A DNA stretch of 64,000 bases from Orbicella franksi (taxonomy: Eukaryota), in NCBI GenBank assembly GCA_964199315.1, contig OZ116699.1, forward strand, positions 3,658,001-3,722,000. Reading direction: 5' to 3'. This document shows, one piece after another, positions 12,976 through 25,691 of the stretch. The translations under genes and the position numbers were made by a program. The number at the start of each line of letters is the position of its first letter. The first letter of the stretch is position 1. The notes under the pieces were generated by a model. That model saw only the letters and a list, made by a program, of their open reading frames with translations, searched no databases and was not told where the DNA came from.

Positions 12976-15700
12976 GATACCTACACTCCAGCAACAAATA
13001 TTTCATCTCATCAGCTAGCACAAAAATAGCAAAAGCTCCCCAATCAACCGATTGCCTACATTTTAAAGGGCTTGCTTTGCAGCAGGAAATAATACAATGA
13101 ATGTTTAATACAATGAATCAGGTAATCTTTTGCTGAGTTTGCTAACTTTCACAAATAGTGTGCTAAACCCTTAAAAAAAATTCATATTTCTTGTTGTTTT
13201 TTTTTTTAAAGTTTGGTTTGGGATATATTTATCAAGGCCTATTAACCTTTTTTAGCTATAAGCTGAAGCAATAAGTTTCAATTACTCGGAAATTAGCAAA
13301 TACATTTACAATAGAGCATTATCTCATATACCGTATCGTAACTACTAGTACGATAAACCTAAATGATTGGAAGCCCCACACGAGCACACTTTGTGATTCT
13401 CTGTAATAGCACCCTATTCTCTAAAATACCTCGTATTTTCACCTTCTACTATCGATCCCTGACCTTTTGAGTTGAAAATCTTAGTAGCGTCTTTCGTTTT
13501 TTTTTTTTTTCCATTTTTATGATAATTCAGTTTTGTCCTAATTAAAAGTATGACTTGTAAGAAACACATGTATGCACTGCGGACCTGTTTTTAAGGTCTT
13601 GGCATAGCTATAGAATTCCGTCGCAATTCAATAGCTCTCTGGGTGTTGGAGGGTATTATTGCAAAAGCAAAATATTTGATATGTTTTAATCAGCAATCGT
13701 CAACATTAATTACTTGTCACGATTAGCCCTCTGCCAACTATTACTTCACCAATGATAAAGTGCAAGATACATTTATCGGTTAGCGTGCGCCTGCGAGCAT
13801 TATAAATCAAGATCAGTTCTGGTATGCACCTTACGCCACCAAATCAAATCTCCTTGTTTGTCGACTGACCTAATATTTACTTGAGCACATAAGTCAACTC
13901 CACATCACGCCATAGCATAGATTGCATCACACAGCAATACGTGGATCGTTTCCAAAGTACCCCGCTCGCGTAGCCGGCGGGCTTTTGCGCGCTATTGCTT
14001 TTGTTTTGGATTTTAAATTTCACTGCGAAAAATTTCACTGTGGGAGTTTCACTAGCGGCTTCATGGCTCACGAATTTCCTCAGCTCTGGCACTTAAGATC
14101 AGATCACTCGCTCGCGAATAACGCTACCAACATGTTGCTACACAGGCTGCCTAGTAACAGCGAGAAAATACCGATGGAACCCGCTATTTTGAACACTCAA
14201 GCTTAGAGAAAACGAAAAATAGTTCGAAATTGCGGAAGTAATTAGCCGATGTTAATGACTGAGGAGCAAATCCAATGCAAATGGTTTTGAGTTTGAAATA
14301 ACGGAAAATTCGAATTAACCGAGTTCGAATTTGCGGGATTCAACGTAGATGTGATCAGCAGTCACGATGGGTATCAATAGATCGAGCCGCTCCTTGCAAG
14401 TATCAACTAAGTTAAATGCAAAAGCCGTTGCAATTGATGCGAAAGGTGCAATTCAGTACGCACAAGGCTTTTGCGGTTTTGTCATTTTCAAACGTAAGGG
14501 GACCGTGCAGAGGTTTTTAAATAGCTTGAAAGTTCAAACGGGAGAGTAAAACACCATTGTGAAACATACAGATGCATGTATATTCTAGATTCGCGACCGA
14601 TAAAAGGAGAACGAAATGAGAAACACATTGCGGGATTAACAAAATGGCCGCTTTTTGTCCGACAATTAATGTAAAAAGTAAGATTGTTTAAAAACTGTTA
14701 TAAAAACAACCTCCATCACTTCTGCTCTTCCCTCCCCTCCCCTATCCTCCCCTCCTCGATAAAACAGGATAATACGCACCTTTCTTGGGGTTTGCAGCTG
14801 TAGAGTATCGAGAGAGATCCCTCAGTGCAGTACAGTGTAGTGATTGCTAAAGATTACTTTGGGAAATTGAAATCTGACCTTGACGTAGTTTTAACGGATT
14901 GATGGTTATCCATGCAATATGATAATACTACTAGTCTGGTGCTCATTCGACTGTTGATTCGACGGCAAAAAATGACACTTGATCAGACTACCAGGTTACA
15001 TAACAATTGGTTCAACTACGAATCGACTTCTGTCCAGTTTTCACCCTGAGAATGGGAGAAATGTGACTCAGAAATGTGACTTGACCTCGATTTTTGCCAT
15101 CAACATACAACGTTTTAAAATTGTCGCGTCAACATCGATATTTTTAATACTTCACGACACTATGCCTGATTACATAACGAGACTTGAAAGTCTGAGTTTT
15201 GGCTTTCCATCCCTATAAATTATGCAAGTTTGGACTTCATACTCATATACATGCATTGCTTTCAAAACTTTCAACAAAACCGGTGGTAGATAGATGCTGC
15301 AATAATGGTATCACGTGTCCACACAGCAACGCATTGTTGTACTCAGTAACATGGTAACGCCATGTTGATCTATGTTCTGTTCTAGAAGGGAATTATGGGA
15401 TGGAGTTGCACGTGATGATTGACATCATTTCAGTCTACCGCTATTCATTTGTTACTTGTTTATTTCACTATACACTTACACTTACTCAAATTATTCTCGC
15501 GTTTTAAATGGTTCCTACTTATGATCTATAGGAGTAATCTCGTTCCCAGATCTCTTGTGGACGAAGCCGAAGGCGAGATCTGGCCAAGTAAGAAAATTTC
15601 TTTTTCTTGATTGGCTTCTCAATTTGACTTCTGTCCAATCCCTTCTTTGAACATTTGCGCGGTTTTCCGCGGAAAACTTGAATGTGTCAATGTTACAAAT

Positions 15701-17343
15701 ATGGCGCAGTCAGGGGAATTTGCAACATTTGACAAAAACTTGTGCCGTCTTTGTGGCAATACGACAAATACCAACCAGAGGTTCACGATTTTTTCGGATC
15801 ACAGAAAAACCGTAAAATTACAGCGCTTGATAAGCGATTTTGCAAAAGTGAGAGTACAGGAGGACGATTGTTTTCCTAAGCACCTGTGCAGGAACTGTTA
15901 CCGAACACTGTTAAATCTGCGAGAAAAGCTGCTTCCATTTCAAACGAGATGTGCCACAACCCAGATAAATCTTGGGAAAGGAGAAGAGAAAGTCAAGCGG
16001 ACTCAGAGCTCACCAAAATCAAGCCCTTTTACCTCGCCTTGTTGCGCGCAAAGGCAAAAAAAGAGTCGCATTAACACGCAAAATTCGTCCAGGAAAGCGT
16101 TATTCCATGGTGAAAAAGAAAAGTCAAGTTCCCCTTCAACTGCAAGTGACAAAATCGGGCCGGTTAAGAAAGAAGCAAACTGCGCTTTTTGCGTTGATCA
16201 GAGTTATTTGAGTTTTCAAGTAGCAGAAATATCAGCCCAGCGATCAATGGTGGAAACAACCCCGCAGCTTTCTTCAAACTCAAGTTTTAGCCTGGAAACT
16301 TCCGCCATTGGTGAAAAAGTAGATAAGAAAAGACGAGAGGAGGAAAGATTTGGAAGTAATTTACAATTCGGGATTGAACAACCCAGAGGTAAGTTTTACG
16401 GATTTCCTTTCTTTCGCGCGATCCATGTGTTTGTTCGAGGGCATGAAAATTTGACGAATATCTGGCGAACGCAGTGCGGAAAACAGGTGAAAAATACATT
16501 TGCTTGAGCTTATCCTGTTAAAAGAGCTTCCAATAGATTATTTAGGTCGTTAGATATGTAAAAAATGCCAGAAACTGTCCATGGAACTTCGTAAATTCCG
16601 CGTCAATTGCCAAAGACCTTTGTTATGTTCAGCTCACGTAATTTCATCTTGCATGTCTCCCTCCGGCGAACTCACTCATAAAGCTGTGTGAACATTGCTT
16701 TTTGTATAAGAGAAATACAAGAGAAGTGCTTCTGGAGTATTATTTTTGGGACTGGTCGATATCTACTTTGCTATAACCAAGATAACTGTAGAAAAATTAT
16801 GATTTTCGTAAGTATGCTGTTTCCTAAGAGGTCGGCATGGTGTTTACGTTTAGCTTCGATTTTTTTCAGTTGAAAAAAGAGGCAAGCAAGAAACCTGTTG
16901 AGACAATCAACGTCAAACTACTCAATGTGGCTGTTTCGTCGAGGCTACCAAGGGTAATCGCTTTATCTGTTTGGCTCATTCCAGAAGTGAGGAACTACCT
17001 GAAGCGATTACACTTGGAAGAAATCCTTGAAGAATGCGAGAATGCAGAAAAATACACGCAGGGTCATCTACCATCTGTGCTACGAGATAAGTCCTTCGGG
17101 ACTATGAAAGACTTCAGCTGGCAGATAATACTTACAGAAGCCAAAGGAAGCCCAACTCTTTTGGACGTAATAACAGCCGTTTGCTGTAGGAGGGAGGGGC
17201 AAAATGTCCAAAGGAGTGGAGCAAAGCAGATTCCTCCAATTGGATCAATTTATTCTATGTTACTGAGTCAGTACAACAGGGAGCTGAATCTTGTTCAACG
17301 TATCAATACAGTACTACTTGCTAGTGGTCAGGCTGAAACAAAG
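15701..17343 (+). pseudogene. Academ transposase-like gene, N-terminal part only; begins with a zf-AD (ZAD)-like C2-C2 finger
   Basis: LCRLC...FPKHLCRNCYRTL near the start. Putative intron 16389-16870 (GTAAGT ... TTTCAG), then exon LNVAVSS...PSVLRDKSF..DFSW...NRELNLVQRINTVLLASGQAETK with a donor at about 17344. A frameshift is needed before the first donor. No catalytic core was found downstream. Confidence 0.6.
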
Positions 17344-18410
17344 GTGTGCTTTCAATTGAGCATAATGCATGTATCACTTACTTCCCCCAGGGGATTATAA
17401 AGAGGGTGAAGGCATCATCATGATTTACTTCAGGAGAGAATGAGTGAAATTCGTCTGGTTTATAAGTTTCTCCATAATTATTTTGCATGTAACCTCAACT
17501 TCCAGTTTTCATAAATTCGAATTCCCCTTAAGTCTTTAATTGTCCCTCTTGCCAAAACCAAAACCAAACATTTTGAGTCCCAATAGATGTGTGTAAATAT
17601 AAAAAATCCATCTTAACAATAGATCATTTATTTGGTGCACATCATGTTCAAAGCATCCTGACAATGATGAAATGAGGAAACAAGATTACTTTTGGCAGGT
17701 GTTCAGCAAAAATTTGTTCATTGTTGTAATTAGAAGACACATTCAAATAATTTGCATGCTTAAAACTGTGTTTTCTATAGGTTTCCGCAACAGACAACTG
17801 CAACAATTATCTGTTGATATATTGATCATGAAGAAAGGTAATATATATTCTGGAAAACACAAGAAATAGGAGATTTTTCTTTTTTCCTGGAAGTAGTTTT
17901 TGCGGCAAAATGTTCCAAGATTTACATAAGCAGTTCACAACCTGTGATTGTTTAACAATCAAACTGAAATTATTTTCTAGAGTATATGGCAGCAACATGA
18001 TATGTATTACTTGTAGAAAGCAATCATGGTTATGTGTTTGACTCCACCAAAGGACAATATACCTGTACATGTAGCCCTAATATGTATTAAATCACATATT
18101 GACCACATCAAGATCAAAACACTAAAACTGAAACAAAAAGTCACAGTCTATACTTTTTCTCTATTAATTCATACAATAAAATTGACAACTGCTTTAACAT
18201 CTTTACGTATTGAGTATTTCAGACCAGAGAGAGGCGAGGTGCAACAAAAGTTTCATCCTCATCATTTTATTTAGTAATGCAGGTTACAAAGATTAGCAGC
18301 CAGTGAGGCTGATGTGGACCTACAATTAACTAATAAAATGTGAAATAATAAACAAAATAATTTATAAAATTTCTGCATAACACAAAATGACTGAATGGCA
18401 ATTACTCACG

Positions 18411-18943
18411 AATCCACGATGCAGTGAGCTTCGTCAGCCACAACACAGACTATGTTTTTTTGATAAACATCAGATAACAACATTTCTCTGCATTTCTTAC
18501 TACTGATAAGTACTTCCGGATGAGCAAACACGATACTAACACGTCCGCATAACACATTTTCCACAGAATCTCCTTGGACTTCGATCCCTGTCTCTTTGTC
18601 CGCTTCAGAACATTTAGCCTGGATAATTGCTGCTAACTGTCCTTGCTTCTTAATTTTCTCAACTTGGTCCATCATCAAAGCGGTCAATGGTGACACAATA
18701 ACTGCAATCAAGCATTACTTTCCACCATACAAAAAAAAGTTAAACATACTCGGCAGAAGTTGATATATTAAAGACTTGCCATATCCTGTTGGCAGGACGG
18801 TTAGCACATCTCTCTTTTGCTGCACCACTGCTCTCAAAGCCTTTAGTTGTTTAGTTTTTAACTAACTGTAAATCAGGCGGTGCGCGTTCAGTCAAGGAAA
18901 ACTTCAATGCGCGGTCAAATTCAATATTTGACATGTCCGCCAT
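18411..18943 (-). pseudogene. RecQ-like SF2 helicase, first exon only (motifs I, Ia, II), disrupted
   Basis: DVLTVLPTGYGKSLIYQ (Walker A), VIVSPLTALMMDQV (Ia), IVFAHPE, VVADEAHCIV (DEAH). It has one frameshift near 18860, an in-frame TAA near 18717, and a GTGAGT donor after the DEAH box. Confidence 0.88.
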
Positions 18944-19756
18944 GTCCATGGACAACGTCCACAGTGACGAGCAAGGATGCTGCTAACAATATTTGCTAGC
19001 TAACTTTAACCCGCGAAACAAACTCTAACTATCTACCTGGCCCTAAGCTAACATAAAAATGCTGCAACGTTAATTAACCTGTAAATTCTACGCGCCTGAG
19101 TCAGTCTTCTGAGTCGTTCTGTTCCGCGGTCTTGGGAATTTATTTTGGGCATGAGCTCTTGCCTCGCCTGTCACATTCCTGGCAGACGATCACGTAGGTG
19201 CAAATCGGATTTGGCCAGATCTCGCCTTCGGCTTCGTCCACAAGAGATCTGGGAACGAGATTACTATAGGAGGACAGACGAATAGATGACGTAATCAGTA
19301 ACCTATATTTTGGTTCTATCAGTATACAAAGCAGAGAGATTCCTTATTGCCGTGCGTCTGTCCAGTAATAGATCGCAGATGACGTGAAAATGTGGTAAGA
19401 ACAAAAAACGTGGCTCCCGAGCCGCTAAGCGAGTGTGGCAGTGATGTTAAGTTACAATGCTACAGCCACTTACAAAACAATATGAGCTAAAATTTACACT
19501 TTTAATTTCTTCGTCGCTTCTTAAATCAAAATCTTTAAAAGGACCATTCCTAGGGGCCGGCCTTTATTTAATATACTACTATTTCCTGGATTTGTTTGAG
19601 GCCTGCTCACAAGTCAGCATAGATGGCGCCTTTTTTGACTAGCAATGCTATGAAAAGAAAAGTCTCGTGGTAGATTAATTACAATAACTCAAGAACGGTA
19701 GGTAAAGGGACTTTGGAATGCATTCAGCACTAGCGACGGTTACTTCTATCCTTATT

Positions 19757-22700
19757 TTAAAGCCAAATTACTTGGCGTGATTTAGGTCTAGGAGACTGGG
19801 GCTTTTTGCCACAACAAGGTATCCCATAATAATCTTCAGCCACTTCTGTTTCCTCGATGGTTTGGTGCATTAATGTATAGACCGTCTCTGGAATCCAGTA
19901 CATCAATATCCCAGCAAGGGCTGCGACCACAGCAAAAATGACCACTGGAAACGCAATGCTGAGACCTGGTAATTGAGCCTGGCGAAGTAATCGGAACGAA
20001 CGTAAGCGTGTTAGATGGCTTATGGTTCAAAAACGCCGCTTACCATGCAATCACTACTCCAAGGTACAACCCACCAAAAGGTCGAGGAACGAAAAGACTA
20101 TTTTCGTCTTGCGGCAATAAAATGCGAAAATCCCCCAGTGTGTCGGTGACGCTGCCCAATGCAAGCTTCTCAGCCCGGGCTACAGATATAAAGATTTTTT
20201 ATTTCCACGGTAATTTGAGCTGATTTTTGGGATGGGAGGGGAGGTGGGGCAAGGATAAGATTTCTTTTTGACCAGATCTGTTTGAAGTATGTTCCAGTGC
20301 ACTTTCGACTCACCGTCAAGGCCACAAATGGAGCTAAGATTCCGCCAATCCGAGCAGCTGTAGATCCTGTTCCTTGAGCTGTGTTCCTAGTAAAAAAATA
20401 AATTGAAGGGCTAGACTGTTACTATAATGACGTTGGCGGGAGAGCAGGGATACAAAATTCACCAGGGGCTACCATCTCACACTAGGCACCAATATGCTTT
20501 TTAATTTAGCCCTACTTCAAGTTAGTTACTTAAGTATTGCACAAAAGAATGGCAATGATACCAAAGAAATTCTAGTTACTAGAACAGGCAGCTGTTTATC
20601 AGGAATTGCTAACAACTGACATCCATAAGCATGGTATTTTTTTTAAAATGTCTTGCCTTGAAAGCCATTTGATTCTGTTAAACATGTACTGCGAGTGAAC
20701 CATTCAAAAACAGTGGTGTCCGTCACACTTATATCGTTATGCTACGACGCTGATCTACACAGATGTTGTTACGGGGTCAAATATGCGGGGTATCAGTTAA
20801 CATTAATATTAAGAGACAAGGAAATCCAATATTACTCCAGCTATTTACAACTGAACTGCCCAAGCTTCTTTGCCAAATCTCAAGAGAACAGCAAACTGGC
20901 AGCCCAGAGCCGCCAGGACAGCATAAATGAAGTACATAAGTAGTGGTGTAAAATAAATTTTAGGTCAAAATTATTTCAAATTGATTCGATTCATTTGTAT
21001 TTTTCAATGGAATCCAAGCTAACACAAACAATGGAGAGGAAGAGAGGCCAGAAGGAGGACGAGGACGAGGAAGAGGAGGACGTAAATGAGATAAACTTAC
21101 CTCAGCACTGTTGGAAAGAGTTCAGAGGTCACCAGATAAACACTCGTCCAACTGCAGTCTATCATGAGGTATCCACAGAGAGACAGTGCTGTGGTTGCCT
21201 CTGGAGATTCTGAAAATAAGAAATCCGAATGCTTAAATCTTGTCACTATTTACATTACACTGGCGAATATCCCAGCTGCAGAGAGTATTTCTGCATGTTG
21301 AATGGGAACAAGACTTTAGACGCACTTGGTCACGATGGACCTCAATATCAGCCCTCATAGCGGAGCTCCTGCGTGCCGAAGCGCATGTGAGCGGAACCCC
21401 ATACCTTAGCAAATTTGCTAACCCATCGATCTAAACAATTTTGATTGTCACGTGACTATCCGTACGTACGAGGGTCCGGTCCGTACGTCCGTACGTCCGT
21501 AAGCCTCCATACCCTCCAAAACTCCACACCGTTAAAAACAAGATCATTACCATATGTACATCTTTGATATTGGACATCCATGTTATGATTAATTGACAGC
21601 TGTCAAAACAGGGTATGCGCTGACCAGTACCATATGACCATATCGCGGGCTCAGGTTAAGAGCTCGTGTCGAATGTATTTTTTGAAGTTGACCGCTGACC
21701 AGGTACTGGTTTTGCGATTGGATCTCGGGCTCAAGTCAGCGTATTACTCTAGGGAAGAAGGAGAGAGTACGAGCAAAGGCAAACTTTCGGCGCAAATCAA
21801 CCCCTGGCGCGTTGTTGATTTTTCTTCCCACCTATTTTCTTTGCACAATCGTCTCTTGGAAAGTCCCTAGAATATTGCGTACGTAATTCCTACAATCGTG
21901 GGTACCTACACTTATTGGGTAAAGTTTGTTAAAATTTAACTGAAAGAAATAGTGAAATCACACGCTGAATAATTACATGCTCACAATTGGTCATTCTTTT
22001 TAGTTTCTGATCCAAGAAAAACAAATCCTCCTTTTCCTTTATGGTTTATTATCGTAATCAGGAGCTCCGCTTTTAGGCTTGGCTAAATCTATATATTCCT
22101 ACTATCCAAGGAGCCATTCCACACAAGTACCGTGATTTCTAGAAATATGACCTCGCACTGACTTCAGTCCGCAACAGACTACTGCACTTCACGGTATTAC
22201 TTTTACGTGCTACATTTTACCCCAATGGCCAGCTCTATGAAGACAGTGAACCACAGAATGGGTTCGACTGACTTCGATGATCGAATACAGTCGGACAGTC
22301 ACAGTATTAAAAAAAATCCTGTTGCAATCAAAAGCAAATAGTTTAAATGACCACTCGGTCTGAAACACATGTTTCATGGTTTTAATCTTTTACCTTTGTA
22401 CACCAGTAGAAACATTAAAAATGTGATCCCGACCAAGATCATGATAATAGCATGGCAAATACGGCGACCAAATCTGAGAAAAGCAAATGCGATAAGATAA
22501 AATGAATCCGAATAAGTCAGTCAGGGACATAAACTATTCCTTAAGATTCAAATGACGAACCTGCCCCATACTGTTATCATTGTTAGTAAGGAATTTTAGG
22601 TATAATATGAATGATATAGAAGATTGTTTTAAAACGAGTCAATTACACAAACTACAAAAAAGAAAGCAGCTAAGGCAATGCTACACATTGTTCTTCATTC

Positions 22701-25691
22701 TGCCAAAAGAAGAGATTTTAAACCACAGAAAGGAGAAACGCACCATTGCTTACCTTAGGTATAGGATCCACGTGAGAGGTATCTTAAGAGTTGTAATAAC
22801 GTTCATAATGGTATAATTAACGTAAAGGTTGCCAACCAGCTGAGAGATGAATAAAAAAATCCCGAAACCGACCAACGCCACAACAAACCTGCAACATATA
22901 GTGCTTGTGAACAGTTGATATGTGTTTTTACCCGAAGAATATGATAGTATCGTGTTCAACTGGTAATGAATTTAGAAGCTTTCCTACGGATTCTCGCTTT
23001 GGCGCCGTAATGACTCAATAGTTAGCCCATTGGACTCGAAATCGCGCAAACCAACTTGTAGGCTATCATTATTTAGTATAAATCTACTAGCGTTCTATCA
23101 CGAATGGCGTTCTCTGATTGGCTTCGCTACTCACTATCTATTCTGTTATAGATAGCGAGTAGCATAACAGTGTGCGCTTGTTAACAAAATGACGCCCGCT
23201 TCTTTGCGTTTTCGAGGTGTCTGCGAAGAGGATTTAGATAACGTTTTGAACGACCGGACTAGTAGATTTACACTAACACAATTAGATTATTCGCTCTCGA
23301 TTTAGAACTATGCGTGATAGTTGACAAGGGCTGCGTCCTCGTCAACTATATCACACGACAGAAATCGAGACAAATAATCTAATCGCTAAATATATATATA
23401 GCAAGGCGTGGTTTAATGGTGGTCTGACTAAGGTTTGAACTCAGGTCACTCAGGACCCCCGATCTCATTGTTGCATTAATTCTATAGATTGAGCTAGCGA
23501 AACCCATTCTCTTCCTCAAAGCCACGCGGTCTTCTTGGCCGTGGCGGTCACCTTTTCTTCGTACCAGGGTCATGCCACTTCAAAAGAGGGGCAGGCGATC
23601 CTGAAGACGAGAACGGCGCTAACCTCAGTTAGGCCATTATTGTCTGATATTCATACCATTGATAGCAGATGATCATCGTCCATTTCCTCAGCTTTGGCGT
23701 GCGAAACATGTCGATCGGTGTGTATTTTTTAGCTTCTCGTTCTCGTTCTAACTGGTCTTTCCTCACTTTCTCCAAGAGCGCCCTTAACTCCTCTGAGTTT
23801 ACAGGTTTGCCCTTCTTGCCTCCAAAACGCTCAATGACAGTTTGAGCCTCGTCCAAGCGATCGTGAGCAATGAGCCATCGTGGGGATTGTGGAAAAAGTC
23901 TGTATAAAGTGTTAATCTTGAATTAGAATTTAAGGTTTTTAATACATTAAAATGTTGTCCGAACTTTTCCTAGGCTCGATTACCAGCCGCTGGTAGATTG
24001 AGGAACGCGGTTTTGCTCTATAGATCTGGCCTAGAATCGCGCACGTTTACACTGTATAGATGAGCTAATCTTATAGATTAAAACTACAGAGTTAGATCCC
24101 GTCCTAAATGTCTACGTAAATGGAAGCCGTTTGTGGTTCGCTGAAGTCGCTTTTAGTAACGTGTTTTGATTTTAGAGCTCTAAACTCTGTTATCGAGGTT
24201 TTTGTTAGGTCAAATCACAGCTTTAGGTCTGAAAACTAATAAGGTCCACCAGAAATGCGTCGTGCAACCTGGCAAACAACTCCTCGCTGGATTACACCAA
24301 AACGAAGTCTCCAATCAGTAATATAAGTTTCAAACAATTACTTAATTTACATCCCCGCTCTTTAGAGCAAAAACAAAAAATGATTGTAATTGATGATTGT
24401 GTCTGAGTCAGGGAGCGAGCGAGAGATCGAACGATTTTGTGAGACTGTTCAGAACCCCGCATTTTGCTCTTAGTATATCAGATGGATTAATTGTTCTACT
24501 GCTACAAATATCTCGATGGTTATTGATGAAACGTATATTCATTTACTTTTTAACCTACTTTCGATTACTTACTTCCAAAACGGGAACAGCAATACCGCTG
24601 GGAGAGTAACAATCATTGTTAGATTTCTCCAATCACGTTCAAAATAAGCGATAAGGAGAAATAACATTTGAAAGCCACTGACAAGGAACAGACCCATATT
24701 GGCAACAGCTGTTCTTTTGCTGGGACCAACTAATTCCATGACGTAAATATAATGTGCCAGCATAACTCCGGTGAGCCCAAAACCAACCAGGAACCGAAGA
24801 ACCGCAAACAAAGGGGTGGAATGAACAAACGCTGAACCGAATCCTGTTACAAGCTGTAAAAAACATACAATGAAGTGCATTAGACCTCAGGCAATTTACA
24901 TTTTAAAAGGGCTGGTCTCTATACGTCCATTAGCTTGTGAGCAGGCTCTCCTTTGAGTCACGCGCGAGCGAAGAGAAAGTCGGTGAGGCGGGCGATCCGG
25001 CGGGGAGGAATCTGGTACCAAAGCGCCAAGAAAGTGGGGTAACTTTTTTCGCGGCTTCGCCTCTCTCGCGCCTGTGCTCCCTAAACGTGAGTCTGCTCTC
25101 AGGCCATATGTCTGTTAATTGTTTCCCTGGGAACTGTGTAGCTTACCATTATGGCATTGCAGATAAATATGCATTTCTTTCGGCCCCAGGTGTCGGATAA
25201 TATCCCGGTCACAATTGAACCAACCAACATTCCAGCGAAGTAACAAGACTGAATAGTAGCGCCCAGGAATGCGCGGTCACAAATTAGGTTCCACTGCGAA
25301 GAAAGGAAAAAAAAAAAGACTCGCATCCATCCTTGACTCCTGGCTTTCTAATATTGTTCAATATGTTTAACTTTCATTATTTTTTCAAGATTTTCATTAA
25401 TAAGGCACGTACCTCTGACACAATGCTATGAAACGGTCCGTCGAACTCGTATGACGTACAATCGTCACAACATTTTTTTGGATCACACGTGACATTTGGC
25501 GTGACACAGTGGAAGCCAGGGGTACCAAAACCAAATACCAGTAAGAAAAACTGACTTATCAGGGGAAAAGCCAGCAAATACGAAGTGAAGTACAAGACTT
25601 GCTGGTATTTTCCAAAAGGTGAAACATGTTTAAAAATATCGTCAAACGCAGATGTGCGTTTTTCATTTTTAGATGAAATACTTGCAGCCAT
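19757..25691 (-). CDS. SLC22-family transporter gene, copy B; 9 exons, 522 aa
   Basis: Exons 25691-25413, 25293-25147, 24853-24573, 23899-23657, 22888-22754, 22473-22394, 21209-21101, 20386-20314, 19978-19757 sum to 1569 nt, in frame. All are GT-AG, with the same motifs as copy A except PQSPRW. Confidence 0.93.
21415..22097. repeat. Unclassified interspersed repeat in intron 6 of copy B
   Basis: Begins with cacgtgact plus (CCGT/ACGT) micro-repeats, contains the palindrome ttgacagctgtcaa, and ends ggcttggctaaatctatata. Boundaries rest on pattern recall and there is only one copy in the window. Confidence 0.4.
23068..23392. repeat. Non-autonomous interspersed repeat; a second, internally deleted copy is inverted at about 35368-35562
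   Basis: The two loci align in reverse complement (ctagtagatttatactaa, agccaatcagagaac, gccattttgtt, ataatctaattg). Internal inverted motif tagtataaatctactag / ctagtagatttacacta. Confidence 0.75.
24931..25106. mobile_element. MITE with TAGCYTG..GCAGGCTC-type termini in intron 2 of copy B
   Basis: Imperfect 18-bp TIR (tagcttgtgagcaggctc vs reverse complement tggcctgagagcagactc). Similar ends occur at 30724-30884 and 8845-8896. Confidence 0.6.

Larger units (their letters stand above)
15535..19263. mobile_element. AcademH-type DNA transposon, internally deleted derivative, 3729 bp
   Basis: Perfect 53-bp TIR (TAATCTCGTTCCCAGATCTC...GATCTGGCCAA at 15535-15587 and 19211-19263) and 9-bp TSD CTATAGGAG (15526-15534 and 19264-19272). 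It encodes a transposase-like N-terminal part on plus and a RecQ-like SF2 helicase on minus. A ~9-bp TSD plus helicase matches the described AcademH lineage. Confidence 0.88.

Noticed and set aside
18406-18943. Host RecQ helicase gene
   Set aside because: It lies between transposon TIRs, has a stop and a frameshift, and lacks downstream exons.
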